Under the pieces are notes generated by a model. The model saw only the letters and a list, made by a program, of their open reading frames with translations, was not told the origin of the DNA and made no database searches. DNA of 49,338 bases. Origin: Octopus sinensis (Eukaryota). The translations under genes were made by a program, and so were the position numbers. Each line of letters opens with the position of its first letter. Within the stretch, counting starts at the first letter, position 1. This document shows positions 11,867-26,190 of the stretch, one piece after another. The stretch covers positions 1 to 49,338 of the forward strand of contig NW_021832506.1 in the NCBI RefSeq assembly GCF_006345805.1, in the 5' to 3' direction.

Positions 11867-12418
11867 CTTAGTATATTTTACTTCATTATTATTTATTTAA
11901 TTTCTGAAGCCCTCATCAACTGTTTTCTTTCTACATTCAAAATATGTTTCTCCCCCGCCAACCATTTGTTTTTTCTTTCTCCTCTTCTTTCTGTTGCTGC
12001 CTTCTTTTATTCTTCAACACTCACCAAACCCAGAACATATTACTCGTCCCTTAGTCTTCTCTGCCCCACCCCATTCAATCAATTACTTACACAATCATTC
12101 ATCTTAACTTTCAATTACACTCCTTTTCACTAATCTACTTTCTGTAATATATATTTGGAACTCTAATATATTCTTTTTTCCATGAAGTACTTTTTCCTGC
12201 TTCTTTCGCCCACCATCAAGTTAGTTACATGAACTTAATACGTTCTTGTCCGTTTTGACACTCCTCTCTAATAAATATTCCTTTTCTCTCTAATACTACA
12301 GCAGTTAAATTTATCCCATGATTTCGTAACTTAGCAAACTATCTACCTTTACGTTCTTTCTCTATCCCCTGCCCACTTTCACTCTATATATTTTCTTTTC
12401 TTTTCCTTTTCAACTACA

Positions 12419-12454
<36 letters not shown>

Positions 12455-12594
12455 CCCGCTTTTCTCTATTCTTCTCTGCTTTCCTTATTGATCCACGGTT
12501 TTTCTGCTCGATCAGCGTTATTTGGTATCGAAATACTTTGTTAAATGTTTGATATTTCAATTATTAAAATATCAAATTGATGAATCTCTTCTTT

Positions 12595-12610
12595 ATGTAT
12601 GTATGCATGC

Positions 12611-12643
<33 letters not shown>

Positions 12644-12910
12644 TGTATGTATGTATGTATGTATGTATGTATGTATGTATGTATGTATGTATGTATGTGT
12701 GTGTGTATGTATGTATGTATGTATGTATGTATGTATGTATGTATGTATGTATGTATGTATATATGTATGTATGTATGTATGTATGTACGTATGTATGTAT
12801 GTATGTATGTATGTATGTATGTATGTATGTATGTATGTATGTGTGTGTGTATGTATGTATGTATGTATGTAGTATGTATGTATGTATGTATGTAGTATGT
12901 ATGTATGTAT
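12595..12910. repeat. (TATG)n microsatellite
   Basis: Seen directly. Confidence 0.95.
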
Positions 12911-12961
12911 ATCGCTAACCACTACACACATTTTTTTCTCTTCTTGTTTCTTTCTGTGTCC

Positions 12962-12997
12962 CTTTCTGTAGAAGAGCGTAGGCTCGAAACGTAAAAG
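12962..12997 (+). ncRNA. Hammerhead-like motif, family A (core CUGUAGA), in a pLTR-like element at 12915-13090
   Basis: CTTT CTGTAGA A GAGC GTAG GCTC GAAAC GTA AAAG. Confidence 0.55.
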
Positions 12998-14019
12998 ACT
13001 TTTCAATTCCTGAGCGTTATACTAATACATCTCTTTGTTTTCTACACCACCTGTCTTCGTCTTTTGTATCTTTTTCGTGAATTCTCCCTATATAATATAT
13101 ATATATATATATGCATACACACACACACACACAAGTGTATGTTTATATTCATGCACACCTATAATTATGAAAGCGTTTGTATACAGACATACACACACAC
13201 ACGCACACACACACATACACACACATATATATGTACACATACATATGTATACCCCCCACACACATATATACATAAAAACATGTGTGTGTATGTGTGTGAA
13301 TATATTTGTGTGTGCGTGTATGTAGGTACATATATGTGTGTGTATGTACATATGTATATATATATATACATAATACATACTTATGTATGTATGTATGTAT
13401 GTATGTATGTACGTATGTGCAATGCAACAGCGTGAAAACCGTTTTAAGGAATAACATTTTCATTGAAGTGTCACATCTAAAAGCATGAAATCAAGATAAG
13501 TCGATCGATTTCGCTTAAAACGTCCGGGGTTGCTTAAACGAGTTTTAATGAGTAAATGTGGGGAGGAAGAAGCAAGGAGAAAATTAGCGGAAGTCACTGT
13601 ACGCTGTGGTCGTTAAGACTGACAGACGACCATTAATAGCGTGGTTTACAGCAGCGACTATTTCCTGTTCAACTTGCTATAAATGGGAATAAATGAGTGG
13701 ATAGAATAACGTTGGTTCTACCTTCACCCTTTTGTTTTCCTTCTATTCTCTCGCTTCTTTTATTTTCTTTTCCATTCTTTTTTGCTGTTGTTGTTGTTAT
13801 TGTTCTTTTCTATACAAAGATTACGTTTTGGGTGAGACAGTTCACACCTTTCACTTGCAATGTCTTCTTCACATTTTGTTAACAAGGCTTTTATTTATTG
13901 ACTTGTAATGCAATCTATCAGTTACATCTGGGGCAATAAGCGGAATTATTGTTGTTATTTTCCAATGACGTCATCGAAGTGGAGACTCATGCTCCTTCTC
14001 ATATTCCTAAAGGAATATG

Positions 14020-14435
14020 AGTCGGTTGCAGGGGCTAAAATCTACGCCGACAGGTCGATGCCATCATGACTACCCGTCTGATAAGGGTACACCAGGCACA
14101 TGTATCATATCAAGATTAACAGAACATGACCTTGCAGGTGGGGTCCAGTAAGAATTTTCTTCTGGTAGAGTAGCCCATCCCGCTCAAAAGGTCTCTGAAT
14201 AAGGGTTGTTTAAGGATGTTGAACGAAACACCCATATTTCCAAAGGTGAATTATCCAAACCCTAAAGAATTCCTTTCAACACACGGCTATGATGCTCCCC
14301 CACTGCTTCTGCTCGTGATCAGAGATGCACATGTCGTCAGCCACTAAGGGACATGCTCAACTGGTTACGGTCAAACAACTGACAAGCAAATCTGTGGTAT
14401 TGAGCAGAATATTTGCTGTACCAAGACAAAACAAT
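14020..14435. repeat. Unclassified interspersed repeat-like segment
   Basis: Higher-complexity non-coding block resembling a common Octopus dispersed repeat from memory; not verifiable within this window. Confidence 0.3.
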
Positions 14436-14437
<2 letters not shown>

Positions 14438-14527
<90 letters not shown>

Positions 14528-15129
14528 GTTGACTTTTGCTTTATATTTGTAGAAGTTGACTCCCAGTCTCACCCAGAGACCTCAAGGGACAACAGGTTAG
14601 AAGTTCATGTTGGTGTTATGCCTAGGGTGCCATATACTTGGTTTTGCACAAAATATTGTTCTAGAGAATGTTTAAGAAACATAAAATTATAATTTTGTTT
14701 TAAAATTTAAGATTACATAGACAGTATTTTAGGTAGGATATGGGTAGTTCCGATGGGCACTATCTTTTGAATTTTTGCTATTTTGGGATTTCCTGACATC
14801 TGAGCTAGGTCAGTCCCTTTTGCTATCATTCCTAGGGCACCTATGACATCAGGTATTGTTTTAGTCTTGAGGTTCCACATTTTGCCAATTTCTATTTCAA
14901 GATCTTTACACTTGCTCAGTTTCTGGTAGGTCTTCACAGATACATTTATGTCGACTGGGACAGTCATATCAATGAGGAGGCATGATTTTAGTCTGAAGTC
15001 CTTCAATATAATATCTGGCCTATTTGTATCTATCTTTCTGTCAGTTTGAACGGTGAAGTTCCAGAGGAGTGCGATGTGAACATTTCCAAGCACTGGAGGT
15101 GGTTTGTGTTCCCACCAGGTTTTTGCAAG
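14438..15129 (-). mobile_element. R4/Dong-like LINE family A, 5'-truncated: RLE domain, 3'UTR and (TAA)n tail
   Basis: ORF 14713-15093: TDRKIDTNRPDIILKD..CLLIDMTVP.D.NVSVK..KLSK.KDLEIEI..MWNLKTKTIP.VIGALG (PD..D..K RLE motif). Confidence 0.9.
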
Positions 15130-15144
15130 TTGTTATTATTATTA

Positions 15145-15212
<68 letters not shown>

Positions 15213-17270
15213 TACTTTTGATTTGCATGTTTGTTACAGTCATTTGCCGAGACACACCCAGCGTCCTGAGGTGAGTGAAGGATAAGGGATGTTACATTAC
15301 GACTGGAAGCTTGGTGAGAAGTAGCGAAATATCTTTAAATGTATAGGGTTTTTCTAAGGATGTGGTCAGTACTTGTCAGTTCAATCTTTTGGATTTCTCT
15401 GCGACATGGTTCTCCTGGGATATTATCTAGATGCTTCTGACATCCCTGTTTTTTTATCATAACTAGGGCATCTACAATAACAGAAACAGTTCTTGCTTTA
15501 AGATGTCATATCTTTTGCATTTCAATTTCCAGGTCCTAATATTTACTCAGTTAGTCAAATTATTTTACAGATATATTTTTTTTATCAGTGTGACGCTTAC
15601 ATCTACAATTATTTTCTTCCTTGTCTTTGATAATTATGTCTGGTCGATTAGCTTGGCTCGTTCAGTCAGTGTTGACTGGAAAATTCCAGAGGCTAGTGAC
15701 ATTTTTACCTTCAACGACTGGCTCAGGATGATGTTCATACCAGTAAGCTGGAGTGCTGATTTTGCAGTGTTTACGTATTTTCCAATGTAAATACAGTCCT
15801 ACTCTATCGTGGAGATTTTTATATTTGTTTGGTATCAGCACAGGACATTCCGAGATGAGATGGTCTATTGTTTCTTCAAATGTGTCGCAGAATTTGCATT
15901 TAGTGCCAGAACCATTTTGAAGAGCGTTAGCCTGAAGCTTTGATCTTGTGCTGCCGATATGAAACCTTCAGTCTATGCTTTTAGTCCTGAGCTTCTCAGC
16001 CACTGTTGGGTTGTTGCATGATCTACATCAGCATTTCGACTTCCAAGTATATACTGTCAACGAAGAGGCTTCTGGCTCCACTGCTCCTCAATTTGTTTCT
16101 GCCCTTTCATTTTTGCAGTCAGCTTGATCTGTTTTACTTGTTTTGTGGCAGTGGTTTGAAGTTCTTCATCTAATTCATGGTTAAAGCCAAGTTCCCTTGC
16201 GAATTTGCAAGCTTCCTTGACAATAGAATGCGATTTTTCGCTGCTTCCATGTTTGCACACAAGCCGCAGCATCCATCCCTCTGTACTAAAATAAGTACCT
16301 GTTCATTGCTATTCTGGAGGTCTTACAGCACAGTTCTACCTGCATCATTCCTCTTTCCCTATTACTTCTTGGTAGGTACAGACGATCAACATCTGCTTTT
16401 GGGTAGTGCAGGTTCTTGGATGTTAGCAGTTTTCTTGTCCAGGCGTTAGAGTTCTGTAAGATTCCAGTTAATGATGTTAAAGCTGTATTGGACTACTGGA
16501 AGTACCAGGGTGTTAATGGTTTCGATGCGATTTTTAGAGTTGAGTTCAGTTTTTAGTATGACTCTTATTCTCTTGTAATACTCCTTTCTTAATTTTTCCT
16601 TCATAGTATCATGTTGTATATCATCACCTTCATTTATCCCCAAGTATTTGTAATTTTCTTGTGGGTCAAGCTCCTTGATAGTAGTGTCGGTATCTAATTT
16701 AATGGAAACTGTTTTCCTGAGCTTGCCTCTTACAAAAGTTGCTTTAGCATACTTATCAAGGCCAAAATCCACCCGATGTCATTGCCGAACTCTTTAACAG
16801 ATGTTAGCAGTCCTACTAGCTCTTCGTCGTTTCTAGCAAACACCTTCAGATCGTCCATATAAAACAGAGGGTTTATTGTAGTATTATAAACTTTGAACTC
16901 ATACCTGCTGTTATTCAGTTCGTTTGAGAGTGGGTTCAGTGCCATGCAAAAGAGTTAAGGGCAGAGGGAGTCACTTTGAAAGATGCCTCGTTTGATGTTG
17001 ATGTTGTTAGTTTGCCTCATCCCATTACTATGGTGAAGAAGGAGACATGTGTTCCACTTGGCCATGCTACCTTGTAAGAATACCTTGGAGACGACAGGAG
17101 AGCTCCTGTATATCTCAAGGGCCTTGAGTATCCAGTTATGTGCGACACTATCAAACGCTTCCCTGTAGTCTATCCATGCCATACTCAGATTGTTTTTGCT
17201 CCGGCAATTCTCTACGATCATTTTACTTATGAGTAATTGATCTTTGCATCCATAAGAATTCCTTTTATAA
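15130..17270 (-). pseudogene. R4/Dong-like LINE family B: RT, thumb, zinc-finger region, RLE, 3'UTR and (TAA)n tail; frameshifted
   Basis: ORF pieces AWIDYREAFDSVAH, KRGIFQSDSLCP, LFYMDDLKVF, YKYLG and EGFISAAQDQ; RLE remnant at 15450-15720. Confidence 0.9.
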
Positions 17271-17317
17271 TCTTTACTATTATTGTTGTTGCTGTTGTTG
17301 TTGTTGTTGTTATTATT

Positions 17318-17480
17318 TTCGTTAGCACGCCGGGAAAAAATGCATAGCGGCATTTCATCCGTCTTTACGTTTCGAGTTCAAATTCTGCCGAGGTCGATTT
17401 TGCCTTTCATCCGGGTCGATGTAATCGACTTACCCCCCCTCCCGTACTTGCTGGCCTTGTGCCAGAATTTGAAACCACCA
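17318..17480 (+). mobile_element. SINE S2-related copy
   Basis: CGTTAGCACGCCGGG...GAGTTCAAATTCTGCCGAGGTCGA. Confidence 0.8.
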
Positions 17481-17494
17481 CCACAACCACCACC

Positions 17495-17528
<34 letters not shown>

Positions 17529-17920
17529 TCGTTGTCCTTGTAGTTGTTGTTAGTGTTGTTGTTGTTGCTGCTGCTGCTATTTGGCGAAGACAGTCGTGTG
17601 TCTCACTGGGCTCCACTCTCAGGGTGATTTCTTTTTTTGAAGATAACTAGACGGGAAAACCGCCTTTTTTTTTCCACAACAAAATACTTAGAAACATTTC
17701 AATGTCTCCCCCACCACACGCCGTTGCTTCTGAGTTAATCCCTCATTAAATATTTCACTCTGAATATTTAAGCAATTACCCATTTTAATTTATTCGTTAG
17801 TGGTCCAATATATTTGTGTTGTAGCGGGAGGAGGTGCTTGACACAATGGGGTCAGCAGTGGATATATCTTGCTCAATTTTTGAAAACATGAAACCACAAA
17901 GATATAAGATACACAGAAAA

Positions 17921-17977
<57 letters not shown>

Positions 17978-18104
17978 AAAGACAACTGATAATGGAACTA
18001 AGAGAGATAATTATAAACACAAAATAATTATAATTTGAGAAATACGACAGGAGGGAAAAAAAAGCGAAAACAAAATTTTTAAAATGACAATAACAAAAGC
18101 ATCA

Positions 18105-18746
18105 CCACCATCATCGTCATCACCACCACCACCACCACCACCACCACCCACCACCACCACCATTATCATCATTACCATCACCACCACCACCACCACCACC
18201 ACCACCACCACACCACCACTACCACCACACCACCACCACCACCACCAGACCACCACCCACCACCACCACCACCACCACCACCACCACTACCACCACACAC
18301 CACCACCATTATCATCATTACCACCACCACCACCACCACCACCACCACCACCACCACCACCACTACCACCACCACCACACCACCACCACCACACCACTAC
18401 CACCACACACCACCACCATTATCATCATACCACCACACCACCACCACTACCACCACACACCACCACCATTATCATCATTACCATCACCACCACCACCATC
18501 ACCACTACCACCACCACCACCATTATCATCATTACCACCACCACCACCACCACCACCACCACAACCACTACCACCACACACCACCACCACCACCACCATC
18601 ACCACCACCACCATTATCACCATTACCATCACCATCCTCACCATGCCCCACCATTGTCATCCTCACCACCATTACCACTACCACCGCCGCCGTAGCCGCC
18701 ACCACCACCACTACCGCCGCCGCAACAACAACAACAACAACAACAA

Positions 18747-18775
<29 letters not shown>
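18105..18775. repeat. (ACC/ATC)n compound microsatellite
   Basis: Seen directly. Confidence 0.95.
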
Positions 18776-18777
<2 letters not shown>

Positions 18778-19178
18778 TCATGTTTTATTTTATTTTTCTT
18801 GTGTTCTTATGTGCCAAGAAAAGTAATAGACATGAGAGCTGGGCTTGAACCTTAGACACCGACATACAGAATGGTGCTGGATATGGAATGGTGTGGGAAC
18901 AGGGTCAGAGACACTGGTACCGACCTGGATATTTGACATGAAGCTATGTTTTCACAAGTGTAAGCATGGAAGGTACTCTCAACGACATGTGGTCTGTTGG
19001 GGTCTGAATGGGTTTCTAGGGCCTGATGATCCTCAAATACCACCAGGCTATTCTAGAGTTATACCACTTAATGGTGGAAAAGAGGGAAGTAAAAAGATCG
19101 ACTGCTGCAGACGACAGTTGCAGACAACAGCTGCAGACGACCGTGGCTGTTGGTGTCACAGACATCCACATGTTGGAT

Positions 19179-19388
19179 CAGTGGTTTTCAACGAGGGTTC
19201 CACGGAACCTTAGGGTTCCGCCAGCACAGTCCGGGGGTTCCGCAAGAAGTTACAAAATCGGCAGTAAGTTTTAATTCTCCTGTGTAGATATGTGTGCATA
19301 AGACTATTAAATTATTGCACAGGGATTCCTCGAGCCAGAGGAATGTTTCCTTGGGGTTCCGCTCCAGCAAAAAGTTTGAAAAGCACTG
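19179..19388. mobile_element. hAT (Charlie-type) MITE, 210 bp, 8-bp TSD
   Basis: Ends CAGTGGTTTTCAA.../...TTTGAAAAGCACTG; TGTTGGAT at 19171-19178 and 19389-19396. Confidence 0.9.
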
Positions 19389-19744
19389 TGTTGGATGTAT
19401 GACAATAGTCAGTACAAAAGAAGGGACAAATGGATTTGTTTCATCCTCAGTGCCAACAGAATAAGAGGCCGATGAAGTAGGAACCTGGGAAAATCCTGTA
19501 TCTCGTCTGCCAGCACAGGGTCAGTCAGAGTCTCCGTGGAGGAGTTTCACTCTTTCACTTTCGGAATGGGGAGAACAGAGGTAGGAGAACTGAATAAGCA
19601 CTGGAGTGGTAAAGGACTGAACTCGGATTGAAGGTACGGAAAGTGTTGGAAGTCCCTCGCGAAAGGCAAGCACAGCCTCAGGGTAACCTGAAATGTGTGG
19701 GTTGTCCAAAATAAAAGCCAGGACCTGAGAGATCTGCTGAGGAA

Positions 19745-19925
19745 GTAAAGAGATTAGGTAGGATATGGGTAGTTCCCATGGGCACTATCTTTTGAATTTT
19801 TGCCATTTTGGGATTTCCTGACATCTGAGCTAGGTAGGAATCAGTCCCTTTTGCTATCGTTCCTAGGGCACCTATGACAACAGGTATTGTTTTAGTCTTG
19901 AGGTTCCACATTTTGCCAATTTCTC
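19745..19925 (-). mobile_element. R4/Dong-like family A fragment (end of RLE)
   Basis: MWNLKTKTIPVVIGALGTIAKGTDSYLAQMSGNPK; near-identical to 14730-14890. Confidence 0.9.
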
Positions 19926-20356
19926 ATCATCATTATCGTCATCATCATCAAAAGAGTGTTGCGGTTGATGAGAAGAGACAAGCACACACACCCCGACCAA
20001 AAATAAAGAAGAAAAATGTTATGTGTAAAGGTAATTTTCATATATTTTGAATGTGTTTTAATTCGAAAAATAATTTACATAAGTGCTTAATAAAGGAGAG
20101 AAAAATAATATATTTACAAGCCTATGTAACCCAGTTATTCCGTGTCTGCATAAAATCTTCTCATTACTTCTTAAATCAGCCAAACAGAAAAGAATATGCA
20201 AATCTATGATTCTTGTTTATGAAACGAGAAATCATTTTGAAATATTCGAAAATATTTACGTGAGCATATATGCATACATACATACTTGCATGCATCCTTA
20301 CCTACCTACCTACCTACATACATACATACGTACGTACATATACATGCACATATCTG

Positions 20357-20423
<67 letters not shown>

Positions 20424-20440
20424 GTCTGTCTATCTCCCCC

Positions 20441-20475
<35 letters not shown>

Positions 20476-20682
20476 CGCCTATATGCATAGCTATCGATAC
20501 CCAAGTCATAATTAATGGTTCGGAGATATTTGAACTTATCTCTCATTATAATGAATGTTAATTAGTCATATATGAAAATAAGCAATTCATAATTTCAAAT
20601 GAAAGTATATTTCATTAATAAGATTCTCTGATAATTATATTATTTTATTTATTCTCTGACAAATCCTCAAAACTATTTTGCA

Positions 20683-20724
<42 letters not shown>

Positions 20725-20985
20725 TGTTTTTTCGTTTAAATATTTATTTGCTGCTTTTGTTGTTTTGTGTTGTTTTTCTTATTATTTCCTGTTTGATATC
20801 CTGAACGTTGTTATTAACCTGCAATTATCGGGACTGATCAATAAGAAAGAAATAAAACAATCAAATATAAAACTAAAATATTCACGTGTGTTTTATTTGA
20901 TCAGTGATTTAATGATCACTCTTCCATCTTTGAGATATTTCGATCGAAATGTTCGATTTGCAAGTAAAATGTTCTGAAATACATA

Positions 20986-21022
<37 letters not shown>

Positions 21023-21244
21023 TAAGTTTTTAGTTTATTTTCAGTTCTATTTTCGTGTGAAAAAATTAAGCTAAAATGTCTGAGATATTTCGGGATAAAA
21101 TTCCATTGCGATTCCATCATTACATGAAACGAGTTCGTCTTTGAAATAATCAAAGACCGGAGAACAGAAGAACGTGTCTAAAAGACAAAAATAAAACTCT
21201 GTGGCACCGTCATCGATGGATAAAGTTTAGAGAGGATGTGGAAT

Positions 21245-22242
21245 TGGTTCTCAACTGGAGTCCTTATGACCCTTGAGGGTCCACATGAGAAATTTTGGGG
21301 AGTCAAGGCAAGCAAAATAGTAAATTGGGAAACCATGGTAGTATTTTAAGGGTGCAGTTCATGAAAACATTTTGTTTTACACGTGTTTATTGCAACCCCC
21401 CCCAAAAAAAAAACCCAGCTAGGTTTCGTTCACTAACGTTTTACATAGATCAACCTACACAAGTTAATGTGTGGAAAAGAAAATATTTTGAAAGAAATTC
21501 TTATAAACTTGTTTTTAAACGTAGATTGGTTTTGGGGGTCAACCAGAATAAAAAGAATAACATAGGCGCAGGAGTGGCTGTGTGGTAAGTAGCTTGCTAA
21601 CCAACCACATGGTTCCGGGTTCAGTCCCACTGCGTGGCATCTTGGGCAAGTGTCTTCTGCTATAGCCCCGGGCCGACCAATGCCTTGTGAGTGGATTTGG
21701 TGGACGGAAACTGAAAGAAGCATGTCGTATATATATGTATATATATATATATGTGTGTGTGTGTTTGTGTGTCTGTGTTTGTCCCCCTAGCATTGCTTGA
21801 CAACCGATGCTGGTGTGTTTACGTCCCCATCACTTAGCGGTTCGACAAAAGAGACCGATAGAATAAGTACTGGGCTTACAAAGAATAAGTCCCGGGTTCG
21901 ATTTGCTCGACTAAAGGCGGTGCTCCAGCATGGCCGCAGTCAAATGACTGAAACAAGTAAAAGAGTAAAGAGTATAGTAATCAAAGGAGTCCATAGACAA
22001 GAAATAGTTGTGAACCCTTGCTGTAGATGTATGTATTGGTATGTATTGCAAGAAATAGGTTTCTTTCTCAAGCATTTTATATAGTTCAACCTACTCAAGT
22101 TAATGTATGGATAACAAAATAAGAATTTTGAAAGGAGTTCCTATAAAACTAGTTTTTAAACATGGTATGGGTATAGAGTGGGCTCCACCAGAATAAAATA
22201 GTAATTAAAGGGGCCCATGGGGGAAATGGTTGAGAACCACTG
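21245..22242 (+). mobile_element. hAT-like MITE remnants (two related copies) interrupted by a SINE
   Basis: Left end TGGTTCTCAACTGG at about 21245; right end GGTTGAGAACCACTG ending 22242; 21450-21560 resembles 22087-22200. Confidence 0.6.
21565..21972 (+). mobile_element. SINE S1, full length (tRNA-like head, internal (TA)/(TG) tract, short AAGAGTA-type tail)
   Basis: A-box GTGGCTGTGTGG, B-box GGTTCAGTCCC; about 10 copies or fragments in the window. Confidence 0.9.
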
Positions 22243-22664
22243 ATTGGAACTAAAGACTAAATTGTCGAACTTCAGAATCCTCCTTAAGTGGTTTATGTCG
22301 AACAATCAAAATTTATCGAATCCAAGAATATTGCTCTTTGAAGCATGGTCAAAATGAAATCAAACAAATTTGGACAAAACTATTTCCTACCATTAAAAGA
22401 CCAACAAAAGACCTACATTTAATATGGATTCTATAAAATTGTGGAATTAACAAGAAATGGCAGCGTTGATTGGCATCATTGGTTTCAATATTTCAATACC
22501 ATGAGTTACAGATCAATATGAATGTTCTGGGTCTCCGTCCTTGTCGACAATGATTATTCATAGGGGAAATTAACGCGTTGGGGGCTGAATATTCTTCAAG
22601 CACGTTTTCCTTTAATATATCCCTTGTACCAGGCGGCGACCTGGCAGAATCGTAGATCAAATTC

Positions 22665-22898
22665 GAAGGCGGTGAGCTGGCAGAAACGTTAGCACGCCGG
22701 GCGAAATGCTTAGCGATATTTCATCTGCCGCTACGTTCTGAGTTCAAATTCTGCCGAGGTCGACTTTGCCTTTCATCCTTTCGGGGTCGATAAATTAAGT
22801 ATCAGTTACGCACTGGGGTCGATGTAATCGACTTAATCCGTTTGTCTGTCCTTGTTTGTCCCCTCTATGTTTAACCCCTTGTGGGTAATAAAGAAATA
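22665..22898 (+). mobile_element. SINE S2 full-length monomer with 19-bp TSD, nested in an older S2-like copy (22630-23175)
   Basis: AGAATCGTAGATCAAATTC at 22646-22664 and 22899-22917. Confidence 0.9.
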
Positions 22899-23444
22899 AG
22901 AATCGTAGATCAAATTCCGCCGAAGTCGACTTTGACTTTCGCCTGTCGATAAAATAAGTGCCACTTGAATACTGGGGTCGATGTAATAAGCTTACCTCTT
23001 CTTCCGAAATTGCTGTCCTTGTGTCAGGCAAAATATGTAGGGGTGTTTCGTCCGGTTTTACCATTCTGAGTTCAAATTCCATCGAGGTCCACTTTGCCTT
23101 TCATCTTTTCGGGACCGATAAAATAAGTACGAGATGAACGCTGGGATCGATCTAATCGACTTACCCACTCCATCAAAATTGCTACCTCGTGTTATAATTT
23201 GAAATCAATCAATATATCTCTCGGATTTAATCCGTGTGATACACTGAGGCAAAGTTACGGTAGAAGACCTCATCTCAAGATCGCCAGTATGGAATCGCAC
23301 ACACGGTACAATAGGCGCGAAGATATGAACTACTACTAGTTTCTGGCTTTGGAGACATGGGTCTGGGCAGGTTTTTATAACACGCTTTGATCCTCCAAGC
23401 AATCGTCAGAGCCCGAGGAATGCTTGGAGAATTTTAGTCCAGTG

Positions 23445-23664
<220 letters not shown>

Positions 23665-23804
23665 CCAAAGTGTATGTACGCAGCTAGCTGTCCGGATGTT
23701 TTGCGTTATTGTCCCATTTTGTATATATATATATATGTTGATTCGCTAGCCTCTGCACGCATTTTTTTTCTCTCCTGTTTCTTTCTGTGTTTCTTTCTGT
23801 GTTT

Positions 23805-23840
23805 CTTTCTGTTAAAGAGCGTAGGCTCGAAACGTAAAAG
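23805..23840 (+). ncRNA. Hammerhead-like motif, family A (core CUGUUAA, degenerate), in element 23755-23940
   Basis: CTTT CTGTTAA A GAGC GTAG GCTC GAAAC GTA AAAG. Confidence 0.45.
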
Positions 23841-23962
23841 ACTTGTTTTATTTATATTCCTGAGCGCCATACTAATACAATTGTTTGTTTGTATTCCACC
23901 TGCCTTCGTCTTTTGTTTATTTTCATAAAGCTTCCCGTTATATATATATATATATATATATA

Positions 23963-24123
23963 GGCGCAGGAGTGCTGTGTGGTAAGTAGCTTGCTAACCA
24001 ACCTCATGGTTCCGGGTTCAGTCCCACTGCGTGGCATCTTGGGCAAGTGTCTTCTGCTATAGCCCCGGGCCGACCAATGCCTTGTGAGTGGATTGGTAGA
24101 CGGAAACTGAAAGAAGCCTGTCG

Positions 24124-24175
<52 letters not shown>

Positions 24176-24380
24176 GTGTGTCTGTGTTGTTCCCCTAGCA
24201 TTGCTTGATAACCGATGCTTTACGTCCCCGTCACTTAGCGGTTCGGCAAAAGAGAGACCGATAGAATAAGTACTGGGCTTACAAAGAATAAGTCCCGGGG
24301 TCGATTTGCTCGACTAAAGGCAGTGCTCCAGCATGGCCGCAGTCAAATGACTGAAACAAGTAAAAGAGTAAAAGAGTAAA

Positions 24381-24381
<1 letters not shown>
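23963..24381 (+). mobile_element. SINE S1, full length
   Basis: Closely similar to 21565-21972. Confidence 0.9.
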
Positions 24382-24420
<39 letters not shown>

Positions 24421-24527
24421 ACTTACTTATATACATACATGCATATATATATATGTATATGGGTGTATACATATATACATACATATATATATGTATATGT
24501 GTGTGTGTATATATATATATATATATC

Positions 24528-24710
24528 TTACTTATTTCAGTCATTAAACTGCGGCCATGCTGGTGCCTTAAGATAATGTTTGTAGAATGTATCAATTCCA
24601 GCCCTTAAGTCTTTTAAGCCTGATACCTATTCTATCGTTCTCTGATGCCGAACCCTTAAGTTACGGGGACATAACACACCAGAATTGTAAACAGGCACAC
24701 ACACACACAT
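24528..24710 (-). mobile_element. SINE S1 3' fragment, inverted relative to the preceding copy
   Basis: TTTCAGTCATTAAACTGCGGCCATGCTGG...TATTCTATCG. Confidence 0.7.
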
Positions 24711-24718
24711 ACACATTT

Positions 24719-24767
<49 letters not shown>

Positions 24768-25199
24768 TTATATATTATATATATATATAATATATAATAT
24801 ATATATGTGTATATATAAATTTATTTACTTTTCTGTTTGCAAACTTCAATGCTGACAAAACACTTTATTTATGGTCTGCTCACCAGACGAGCAAAAAAGT
24901 GAAATTGGTTGCTTTTACGGGGTAGGGAAAATTTGAACGGGTAAAGATTGTTTCTATAAATATGTTTATGAACTTACAACACACACACACACACACACAC
25001 ACGCACATACACGCATGCGCATTCGAGCGCACATGCACACACGCACACATACACTCACGCACGCACCAACACACGCGCGCGCGCACACCATATTTCATTA
25101 GTGCCAAGCAAATTAACGAGATTAACATGCTATAGGCACGGAAAGCATTTGTTTATAAATGGTTAGGGGCGCGTACTTATGCGTGCGTGTATATAGGTG

Positions 25200-25233
25200 C
25201 GTATGTGTGTGTGTGTGTATGTATGTATGTGTG

Positions 25234-25309
<76 letters not shown>

Positions 25310-25445
25310 ATATATATATATATATACACACATATATACATACATATATACACATATATGTATATATTTATATGTATTTATATATGTACGTACGTATGTG
25401 TATATACATATATATAAATATGCATATACATACATACATACATAC

Positions 25446-25477
<32 letters not shown>

Positions 25478-25497
25478 GGAGAGAGAGAGATACAGTG

Positions 25498-25569
<72 letters not shown>

Positions 25570-25694
25570 TCTATCTTAGTTTATATACACTCTAAATAGA
25601 GCTAAAGTTACTAACGTCTGTAGACAGAACGTGTGTATTGCTTGTTTAATGAGCTTCTACGAAAACCAGAAATCAGGCATATATATATTATAAA

Positions 25695-25765
<71 letters not shown>

Positions 25766-25857
25766 TATATATATATATAATATATATGTATATATATATA
25801 TATGTTTACATATATTATATATATACACACACCACACACACACACAACACACACACG

Positions 25858-25889
<32 letters not shown>

Positions 25890-25907
25890 CACACATCTAT
25901 ATATGTC

Positions 25908-25939
<32 letters not shown>

Positions 25940-26059
25940 TGTATATGTACATGTATGAATATATATATATATACGAGCATGGAGGCCTTACGTGCTAGCT
26001 GGCACAAAGAGGATAGATAAACAGACAGACAGACATACCGATAGACAAATAGATAGATG

Positions 26060-26091
<32 letters not shown>

Positions 26092-26106
26092 TACAGACAG
26101 ACAGAC

Positions 26107-26186
<80 letters not shown>

Positions 26187-26190
26187 TTAA
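25200..26190. repeat. (ATCT)n, (TA)n, (GATA)n and (GACA)n microsatellites
   Basis: Seen directly. Confidence 0.95.

Noticed and set aside
13586-13973. ETS (AGCGGAAGT), TATAAA and CRE (TGACGTCA) motifs as a promoter; a second CRE at 31660-31667
   Set aside because: The motifs are scattered and compatible with chance, and no downstream exon was found.
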